DNA from: Candidatus Sumerlaeia bacterium
GTDB taxonomy: Bacteria; Sumerlaeota; Sumerlaeia; SLMS01
Length of the DNA stretch: 44,078 bases
Direction of reading: 5' to 3'
NCBI GenBank assembly: GCA_038208905.1
Contig: JBBQYG010000010.1
Location: 1-44,078, forward strand
Positions within the stretch are counted from its first letter, which is position 1, and each line of letters begins with the position of its first letter. A program made the translations under genes and the position numbers. The notes beneath the pieces were generated by a model. It was not told the origin of the DNA, did no database searches, and saw only the letters and a program-made list of their open reading frames with translations. Below are positions 10,232-17,097 of this stretch, piece after piece.

Positions 10232-10885
10232 ATGGGCATCACACTGCAGGCCGGGGAAACAACCCGGCACAACTTCTACGACCCCGAGGACTTCTTCAGC
10301 GCCAACCCCGAAACGGGCGAAATCCGGCGCCGCGACGGGGAGCGCGTGGTGGCCGTCTCCGAGGACTTCATCGCGGCGCTCCTCGCGGGCACGGCGCAGG
10401 AGGTCGGCGAGGAGGCGGCCCGCGCCATCCTCTACCAGACGGGCTATCGCTGGGCGCTGAAGGACATGAAGACGTTCCAGCGCAACATCGAGGCGGAGTT
10501 TGGAAACACCAAGCTGACCGATATGCACCTGGCCTTTGTGCTGGAAACCTGGTGGTGGCCGCTGACGACGCAGGGATGGGGCGGCTGGAAGTACGACTTT
10601 GCGATGAAGAGCCAGGGTCTGGTGACCATCGACCTCTACGACTCGGTGATCGCGCGCAGCCTGGAGCAACTCGGCAAGCCGGTGTGCTACTGGTATGCGG
10701 GACTTTTCAGCGGACTGATCACGCACCTGAGCCGCAAGGAACTGAACTGCATCGAAATCCAGTGCTATGCCAGCGGCCACGACGTTTGCCGCTTCATGGT
10801 GGGACAGGACAAGCGCATCAACGCCGCGGCGTTCTGGGTCGAGGAGGGCGCCACCGCCACCGAGATCATCAACAAGCTCGGGTAA
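10232..10885 (+). CDS. V4R domain protein 1
   Basis: QGWG, PVCYWYAGLFSG, CIEIQCYASGHDVCRF; GAGG upstream of ATG 10232. Confidence 0.9.
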   Translation: MGITLQAGETTRHNFYDPEDFFSANPETGEIRRRDGERVVAVSEDFIAALLAGTAQEVGEEAARAILYQTGYRWALKDMKTFQRNIEAEFGNTKLTDMHLAFVLETWWWPLTTQGWGGWKYDFAMKSQGLVTIDLYDSVIARSLEQLGKPVCYWYAGLFSGLITHLSRKELNCIEIQCYASGHDVCRFMVGQDKRINAAAFWVEEGATATEIINKLG

Positions 10886-10904
10886 TTCACGGAAAGACTC
10901 TCAA

Positions 10905-11246
10905 ATGATCTTCAGGTTTCCGGAGGCGGCCGCAATCCGCCGACTCGCCGCCAGCCTCTCCACCAGCTTGACGGCCACAACGGCCGACACGGGCGCGTTG
11001 GATCTGGCAACCAGCTCGCGCCTGTACCTGCGGCGACTCCCGTGGTCGGGGCTCACGCCCCAGGCCCCCCGCTTTGCGCCCGTCGACGAGTCCACCGTGG
11101 GGCAGTTCTTCGCACAGTTCAACTATGCGGGCGCGACGCGCGCGCAGGCCGAGGCCGTCAAAATCGACGCCGACGCGCCGCGCAGCCCGGGCGCCGTTCG
11201 CCGCTACCAACTTATGACCCCGCCGCCCGGAGGATTCGCCAAGTGA
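10905..11246 (+). CDS. Small hypothetical protein of the V4R/globin cluster
   Basis: Fills the gap in the operon; stop overlaps the next start (GTGA); LPWSG and FFAQFNY aromatic motifs. Confidence 0.7.
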   Translation: MIFRFPEAAAIRRLAASLSTSLTATTADTGALDLATSSRLYLRRLPWSGLTPQAPRFAPVDESTVGQFFAQFNYAGATRAQAEAVKIDADAPRSPGAVRRYQLMTPPPGGFAK

Positions 11247-11713
11247 ACATTCTGGAAGAGACCCGTAAATCCGACCCCGGAGCCTATCTCTCCCCCGAGC
11301 AGCTGGCCGAGCTGGAGAAGATCGACCACCTGATGGCTGCGCGCGTGCGATCGGCCCGCAAGGCCCAGCAGATGGAATCGGTCGTGCTCAAGAACGTGAT
11401 CGAGCCGATCCTCAAGAAATTCGACTTTGCCGCCAACGCATCCTTCCACCGCGAGAAGTGCTATCGCGACGTGGGCATGGTCTATCGCCACTGTGTCTTT
11501 GCGATGTTGAGCGACGACATGGAGATGCTGGAAAACAAGCTGCTTTTCTGGCTGAGGAAGATCCTGCAAAGCCAGAACTTCCCCCAGGGGAACGAGTCCA
11601 TCCGTTCCACCTATGCGCTGCTGCTCAAGGAGACCGAGCGCCAGCTTCCGCCGGAGGAGTTCCGGTTGTTGAATCCCTACCTGGCCCGCGCGGCCGCAAT
11701 CCTGCCGAGCTAG
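11243..11713 (+). CDS. Phycobiliprotein-like globin (BBAG-like, putative bilin-binding)
   Basis: GGAGG RBS + GTG; about 156 aa; GAYLSPEQL N-terminal motif and EKCYRD matching the phycobiliprotein CxRD bilin-attachment motif; AMLSDD...LFWL. Confidence 0.85.
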   Translation: MNILEETRKSDPGAYLSPEQLAELEKIDHLMAARVRSARKAQQMESVVLKNVIEPILKKFDFAANASFHREKCYRDVGMVYRHCVFAMLSDDMEMLENKLLFWLRKILQSQNFPQGNESIRSTYALLLKETERQLPPEEFRLLNPYLARAAAILPS

Positions 11714-11723
11714 GCGAGCCCCC

Positions 11724-12410
11724 ATGCAAACCGTCCCCTTCTTCGAGTTAGACTACTTCCGCCATGACCTGCGCGCCGGCACGGTGTTCAATCGCTCCGG
11801 CACGCGCCAGTGCTTCATGCCGAGCGAGATGATCGCCGCCCTGATGGCGGTGATGGAGGAGGAGACCGGCCCCGCCTGGCGTGAGATCGTTGCCCGCGTC
11901 GGTCGCCTGTGGGGGCGCCGCGTCGCGCGCCGCTATCAGCGCGAACTTTCGGATTTCTACAACCGCCCTCTCCACGAAATGCCCATGAGCGAGCTGATCG
12001 TCCTGCTCGAGGGATTCTTTCGCTACCACGGGTGGGGACTGCTCAAGCTGGACCTCTCGCTGGCGGAGCGCGGCGTCATCCAGGCGCGGCTCGAAAACAG
12101 CGCCTTCGTCGAGATCATGGGTGTCAGCGATGGGCCCGTGGACTACATCGTTTGCGGGCTGCTGGCGGAATTCCTCAATCAGGTGTCGGAGCGCACAGAC
12201 ATCGAGTGCGTCGAGACGGAGTGCGCCTCCCATGGGGCCTCGTCGTGCCGGATGATCATCGCCATTTCCAGCCGCATCGACCTGATTCGGCGAGACCTTG
12301 CAAGCGGCGGCGCCGGCCACGACACGCTGCTGGCCGACCTTCTGGTCTCCACAGTGCAACTCTCCGGGGGTGATCGCGTCTATGCACCTGACACTACCCG
12401 AATCTCCTAA
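11724..12410 (+). CDS. V4R domain protein 2
   Basis: GRLWGRR, HGWG, ENSAF, CVETECASHGASSCRM. Confidence 0.88.
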   Translation: MQTVPFFELDYFRHDLRAGTVFNRSGTRQCFMPSEMIAALMAVMEEETGPAWREIVARVGRLWGRRVARRYQRELSDFYNRPLHEMPMSELIVLLEGFFRYHGWGLLKLDLSLAERGVIQARLENSAFVEIMGVSDGPVDYIVCGLLAEFLNQVSERTDIECVETECASHGASSCRMIIAISSRIDLIRRDLASGGAGHDTLLADLLVSTVQLSGGDRVYAPDTTRIS

Positions 12411-13188
12411 CTACGCCAGCGGCGACGTCCTCGGCGCCGGCACCGAGGGAGAGGTGCGCCGCGGCGTGTGCCTGCGCACGGGAAACGCGGTTGCGATCAA
12501 GCGGCTGTTTGGCAGGCGCGGCCACGCGTTCTATCAGGAACTCTCCATCCTCACGCGGCTTCAGCATCCCAACGTGGTCAGGCTGATGGACTTCCACGAG
12601 GACGGCGCGAGCCGCTTCCTGGTCTACGAGTTCTGCGCGGGCGGCAGCCTGCTGGATCTGCTGCACAGCGGCGAGGAGCTAACTCTCGCCGGGTTCCTGT
12701 CCCTTGGCCAGCAAGTCGGCGGGGGGCTCGCCGCGATTCACGCCATCGGCGCCTGCCACGGAGACATCAAGCCCGCCAACGTGCTGCTGGATACGGCCGG
12801 CGATGCCCCGCGATGGAAGATCGCCGATTTCGGCGTGGCGCTGGATGGCAACCGGCCCGCCACGCGGCTTGGATATACACCGCGATACGCCGCGCCAGAA
12901 CGCCACGAGGGGCGCCTGTTCCCCGAGTCGGATATCTACGCCCTGGGCGCGACGCTCGGCGATTGCCTGTTCAAGATGGACAGCGAAGACAACGGCCCGC
13001 TGGCCGGGGTACGGCGGGAATTGGAACTGTTTTTGTCGGCCATGATGTCTCCCCTCCCTGGGGATCGCCCCACGCTGGGCGCGGTTCTGGAGGAGTTCTG
13101 GCGCCTGGACGCACAGCGCCTCATCACCATGTTCGGCGATGCCTTGGGCGACGCCGAACCCATCTCTCTGGGAGGATTTGCCGGATGA
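12382..13188 (+). CDS. Hanks-type Ser/Thr protein kinase (soluble, kinase domain only)
   Basis: GAGTEGEV, VAIK, HPNVV, HGDIKPAN, DFG, YAAPE, SDIYALG. Confidence 0.92.
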   Translation: MHLTLPESPNYASGDVLGAGTEGEVRRGVCLRTGNAVAIKRLFGRRGHAFYQELSILTRLQHPNVVRLMDFHEDGASRFLVYEFCAGGSLLDLLHSGEELTLAGFLSLGQQVGGGLAAIHAIGACHGDIKPANVLLDTAGDAPRWKIADFGVALDGNRPATRLGYTPRYAAPERHEGRLFPESDIYALGATLGDCLFKMDSEDNGPLAGVRRELELFLSAMMSPLPGDRPTLGAVLEEFWRLDAQRLITMFGDALGDAEPISLGGFAG

Positions 13189-13505
13189 TCGCACAACTGT
13201 TCAGGGGATTTCTGGGCCGTGGCGGGAAAGTGACTCCCGCTCCGCAACCCGTCCGCATGGATGACTTGTTTGCCGGCTCGGACGCGGCGGAGTACGACGA
13301 GCAGGGCGGCTTTCGCCCATCCATGATCGTGATCGCGCCGCGCATCGCGGAGGCCGATTTCGCAAATTTGGAGGCCTCGCTTCCGCCCGTCGCGCTGCCG
13401 CCGACGGATCGCTTTCCCATTCCCGGGACCAAGTCCTACCCCACAGGCACCGCGCCAGCCGACGACGATGATCGCGGCTGGGGCGGCCTTAACTTCGGAG
13501 ACTGA
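13185..13505 (+). CDS. Small Pro/acid-rich hypothetical protein
   Basis: GGAGG RBS, ATGA overlap with the kinase stop, ends 3 nt before the next gene. Confidence 0.65.
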   Translation: MIAQLFRGFLGRGGKVTPAPQPVRMDDLFAGSDAAEYDEQGGFRPSMIVIAPRIAEADFANLEASLPPVALPPTDRFPIPGTKSYPTGTAPADDDDRGWGGLNFGD

Positions 13506-13508
13506 ACC

Positions 13509-14231
13509 GTGATCCTCATTGCCGTTTGCAGCGCCAAGGGCGGAAGCGCCCGCACCACCACGTGCGTCCGCCTGGCCCAGGCCCTCAACGCCGCCAGGAT
13601 CCCCACGGGGATCGTTGATCTGTCGCCGTATCCCTCCGTCCAGTTCATGCTGGCCCCGGGCGATGCGATCCCCGTGATCGGCGGGCGCGCCGCCACCACG
13701 CCGATCGCCGCGCGCAGCATCGTCCGCCCCTACGAGGAGCGATGCTCCTGCCTCCTGATCGACACCTCGCGCCTGGACGATCCCGCGATCTTGCCGTGGC
13801 TCCCGCTGATGAATCACTTCCTCGTCACCATGAAGATCGACAAGAACTCGGTCCGCGCGATGCCCAGCATCTGGGACTCCTTCGACACATGGAAGGCCAT
13901 CAACCCGGAACTGAAGTTTCTCGGATTTCTCCCCACCTGCGTGGAGCCCTCCCAGCAGGCGGTGGTTCGCGGCTTGCGCAATCGCATGGAGGAGCATTTC
14001 CTTCCCGTGGCGATTCCGCGGAACGATGTGGAGCGACTTGGCCCCGAGCTTGTGACGCGCGGCGCCGAGTGGGACACGCTCGCCGCGCACCTGCGGCAGC
14101 GCGCCTCGCTGAAGCAGATCCTTCCCGAGCCCGCGCGCAACACGGAGAAGGGCCTCGTCACTCGCATGTGGAAACTTGCCGCATCGGTCCTGGGGCCCAA
14201 GGTGAGCGTCGTCACGGAGGCGGCGCGATGA
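13509..14231 (+). CDS. ParA/MinD-like protein, degenerate Walker A
   Basis: IAVCSAKGGSARTT, IVDLSP, LLIDT, LGFLPT: ParA fold signature. Confidence 0.8.
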   Translation: MILIAVCSAKGGSARTTTCVRLAQALNAARIPTGIVDLSPYPSVQFMLAPGDAIPVIGGRAATTPIAARSIVRPYEERCSCLLIDTSRLDDPAILPWLPLMNHFLVTMKIDKNSVRAMPSIWDSFDTWKAINPELKFLGFLPTCVEPSQQAVVRGLRNRMEEHFLPVAIPRNDVERLGPELVTRGAEWDTLAAHLRQRASLKQILPEPARNTEKGLVTRMWKLAASVLGPKVSVVTEAAR

Positions 14232-14956
14232 CACCCGATATCCAGATCGTTGTTGTATGCAGCCATCGCGGCGGAGCGTGGAAGTCCTCCGTTTCCGCGG
14301 GCCTTGCGCTGGAGCTTGCGCGCGGCGGAATCGCCGTCGTGATCGTCGATCCCGCCAAGGCCGGCGGACTCTCCACGTTTGACTCCCCGGATTTTCGCGG
14401 GCTCTCCACCGACCATGGAAAGGGGCGCTCACACGACCGCTATCCACTCAGCGTCGTCCACCTCCCCGAAGTTCTTTCCTCCGAAAGGCCGGGGCCCAAG
14501 CTACGCTCTCTCGCGATGGAACTCGGCGCCGCCGTCGTGATCGTCGATCTTCCCACCGCCGCCAGCGCGGAACTCGCCAGCCTGTTGCGCGACACGCACG
14601 TCGCCATCGCCACGGTCCCCGTCGATGCCGTCTCATTCCGCGCGCTGCCGCCGTTCCTGGAACTGCTTAAGGAACAGCGCACGATGCCGGGCCGCTCCTT
14701 CGCTGTCCGCGCCGCCATCGTTGGCGCGGAGGAACAATCGCCCCGCATGAAGGAACTCGGCCGCGTTATCGGCGAGCACCTCCAGCCGATCCTGCTGCGC
14801 GCGTGCCTGCCGGTTGACGAGGAATACGGCGCCCTGATCGCGTCGGGCTCCTTTCCCCCGGTGCAGGATCCCGGCACGCCGATGGCGCTGGCGCTGGAGC
14901 AACTTGAGGGCGAGGTCCGCTCGATCCTTTCCCTCCACGCGCCCGTCCCCGCATGA
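14228..14956 (+). CDS. ParA/MinD-like protein, degenerate Walker A
   Basis: VVCSHRGGAWKSS, VIVDP, IVDLP; ATGA overlaps on both sides. Confidence 0.78.
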   Translation: MTPDIQIVVVCSHRGGAWKSSVSAGLALELARGGIAVVIVDPAKAGGLSTFDSPDFRGLSTDHGKGRSHDRYPLSVVHLPEVLSSERPGPKLRSLAMELGAAVVIVDLPTAASAELASLLRDTHVAIATVPVDAVSFRALPPFLELLKEQRTMPGRSFAVRAAIVGAEEQSPRMKELGRVIGEHLQPILLRACLPVDEEYGALIASGSFPPVQDPGTPMALALEQLEGEVRSILSLHAPVPA

Positions 14957-15648
14957 CAGCGACCATCGCCCCGGGTATCGGCATCGCGGAATCCATCACC
15001 CGCGCCACGCTCGACCTGCTCTCGCCGTTCCGACCCGCGGAGCTACCGGTCGATCCCGATTTCGCAACCCGCCGCGGAGAGCGCATCGCGATGGAGCTGC
15101 GCTTTCAACGCTTCGACGTGGAGGGAGTCGGCGAGCTGCGGTGGACCACACTCACCAGCGCGCGGGCCGACATCGTTGCGCTCATGCTCTTTCCCAACGA
15201 GCCCCAGGCCCTGCCCATCTTCGCCTCCGAATTTGTCGTCATCGCCGGGCGCTGCAAGGCCGCCGTCGTGGACTTCCAATCCGTCGCCACCAACGCGGAA
15301 CGCCGCCGCCTCCACTCGGAGCCCCTGCGCGCCATCGCCCCCGCCTACGCCGCGTGGCGCGCGACGGAACTCCCCGCATGGTGCGCCGACCACTTCACCC
15401 CCCACGCCATCGCCGCCCTGGCCGTTGACATGGACGACATCGGCGCGCTGTTCCAGGGCTACCACCGCTACCTTGCCACCTACACCCGCCTCGCCCACGC
15501 CACCGGACCCCACCCCGCGCGCGACACCGCCGAACTCCGCCACTACAAACACCACCACATCACCCACACCCCCGGCCGCCCCATGATGTCCGCCGCCCTT
15601 GGCGCGCAATGGACGGAGCGGTTTCTGGTGGAGGGGATGTATGCGTAG
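14953..15648 (+). CDS. Ferredoxin-dependent bilin reductase family protein (PcyA/pre-PcyA-like)
   Basis: DIVALMLFP..LPIFASEFV..AAVVDFQ, ELPAW..HFT, and C-terminal GAQWTERFLVEGMY match the FDBR motif spacing. Confidence 0.82.
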   Translation: MTATIAPGIGIAESITRATLDLLSPFRPAELPVDPDFATRRGERIAMELRFQRFDVEGVGELRWTTLTSARADIVALMLFPNEPQALPIFASEFVVIAGRCKAAVVDFQSVATNAERRRLHSEPLRAIAPAYAAWRATELPAWCADHFTPHAIAALAVDMDDIGALFQGYHRYLATYTRLAHATGPHPARDTAELRHYKHHHITHTPGRPMMSAALGAQWTERFLVEGMYA

Positions 15649-15851
15649 AGCGGCCGAGGCAGACTGCAAACCGATGCGATGGACTCGTTCTCGAAAGTCC
15701 TGCCGCATTCCAAGGTAGCTTGGGCGTCTCGCCCGAGCCCCGTCGGCATCTGGGGTTCCACGTGGCCGCGTCTTGCGAGCGCGCGGGCGAGACGCCCACG
15801 CTACTCTCTACGGCGTTCCCAATCGCGACGCGACTTTGGAGAACCAGTATA
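15646..15851. mobile_element. REP-containing MITE-like element, copy 1 (degenerate)
   Basis: GTTCTCGAAAGTC (15687) ... GACTTTGGAGAAC (15832) inverted ends; inner inverted GTAGCTTGGGCGTCTCGCCCG / CGGGCGAGACGCCCACGCTAC; similar to 16953-17097. Confidence 0.7.
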
Positions 15852-16122
15852 AAAGGAAGGTCTCACCGCCCACCCCCTCCAAGAAATCCTCCACGGCGTC
15901 CTTGGCTTCCTTGAGGCCGAGGCCCTTGGCGGCGCGGAGGGCTTTGATGGCGGCGATCTTGTCACCGGCGAGAGCGAGGTTGGCGGCTTCGGGGGGGAAG
16001 GCGTTGTCGGGCTGGGGGGTGGTGGCGAGGCCGAGGTGGCGGTTGATGGTGTCGAGTTGGGCCTCGATGCGGGCGAGGCGGGCGAGGATGCGGCGGTCGT
16101 CGTAGGAGTTGAAGAGTCCCAT
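15808..16122 (-). CDS. Small protein with ribosomal L7/L12 C-terminal-like domain
   Basis: GDKIAAIKALRAAKGLGLKEAKDAVE; the 3' end reads into the repeat element; not a full rplL. Confidence 0.75.
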   Translation of the reverse strand: MGLFNSYDDRRILARLARIEAQLDTINRHLGLATTPQPDNAFPPEAANLALAGDKIAAIKALRAAKGLGLKEAKDAVEDFLEGVGGETFLLYWFSKVASRLGTP

Positions 16123-16124
16123 GG

Positions 16125-16304
16125 TTGATCGGCCTCGTAGAGGTTGAGCGCCGTGCCGCCCTTGAGTGCGAACTTCCCCTCCAGGTATGGATGGCGCATC
16201 AACCCGTCCAACAGGTCCATGAGCCAGAGGACCTTCTCCACATGCTCTGGCCGGAAGCCCGAGTCGCGGGCGACTCGCGACACCTTCTCCCTCGAGTGGA
16301 TCAA
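16125..16304 (-). pseudogene. Truncated AbiEii-type nucleotidyltransferase toxin
   Basis: TTGA overlap with the upstream gene; VEKVLWLMDLL..FALKGGTALNL, then homology is lost. Confidence 0.75.
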
Positions 16305-16951
16305 AGGACTTCCGCCCAGCCGCGCGCGTGGATGCGCTGGGGCACGATCAAGTTCCAGCGATGGTGGAGCACGCCGTGCTCCCTGTGGGAGCGGTTCAGA
16401 TAGACGGGCGAGCGGGGAACCATTGCGGAGAGCTGGTCGAAGGCGGACTCGGGGATCATCCATTGCTCGCGGTGTTCCTCCAGGAACCATCCGACGCGCG
16501 CGGCGGTCGTTCGGCTCGCGAGGTTGAGAGCGTGCCGCACAACGACCTTGGGATCGACGAAGCCCGCGCCATCGAATGGTCGCCAGACTTCCTCCCACCC
16601 CCCACCGAACTCGGGGCGGTCAAGCAGGTCCACCAAGGTGCGCTCCAGACTGGTCACGCGAAGCGTGGCGCCGCGTTCCTCTCGCGATTCAACGGCGAAA
16701 AGTCGCTTCTCCGCCGAGTCCAGGGCGCGGGGAAAACGAGCGGCCCGATAGGTGATCCCGGCGTGGCGGAAACTCTTGGCCTTCGTGGTGGTCAGTATGC
16801 TGCGGACATTGCCGAGGCTGGAGGCGATGCCGTGGTACTCGAGCGCGCCGTGGTACGCCAGCACCGCGTCGGGCGCCGCCTTGGCCGCGATCAGGAACGA
16901 GCTGGGCTCGGCCCCGCCCGCTGGCACCGCATAGAGCCCCCGCCGGATGTG
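16301..16951 (-). pseudogene. 5'-truncated AbiEi-type antitoxin/transcriptional regulator
   Basis: HIRRGLYAVP, AYHGALEYHG, VTSLERTLVDLLDRPEFGGGWEE; no start codon, in-frame TAG from the adjacent repeat at 16952-16954. Confidence 0.8.
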
Positions 16952-16952
16952 C

Positions 16953-17097
16953 TAGAGTGACTCTCGAAAGTCCTGTCGTATTCCACCGTAGCTTGGGCGT
17001 CTCGCCCGAGCCCCGTCGCCCCCACACGCGGGCAAGATGCCCACGATACTCTTTTACGGCGTCCTCCATCGCGACAAGACTTTCGAGAACCGCTCTA
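16953..17097. mobile_element. REP-containing MITE-like element, copy 2 (145 bp)
   Basis: 20-bp imperfect terminal inverted repeats TAGAGTGACTCTCGAAAGTC / GACTTTCGAGAACCGCTCTA, TA at both ends, internal inverted GTAG-type REP pair. Confidence 0.75.

Noticed and set aside
11042-11713. Globin as evidence of a phycobilisome or phototrophy
   Set aside because: Single subunit; no linkers, lyases or photosystem genes; the context fits a BBAG-type cluster
13509-14956. ParA genes as a plasmid/chromosome partition system
   Set aside because: No parB or parS seen, Walker A motifs degenerate, embedded in the bilin operon
15808-16122. rplL (L7/L12)
   Set aside because: Only the C-terminal-like motif; not in an rplJ-rpoB context
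15646-17097. Repeats as a CRISPR array or prophage att sites
   Set aside because: Only two long palindromic copies; no spacers, cas genes or integrase
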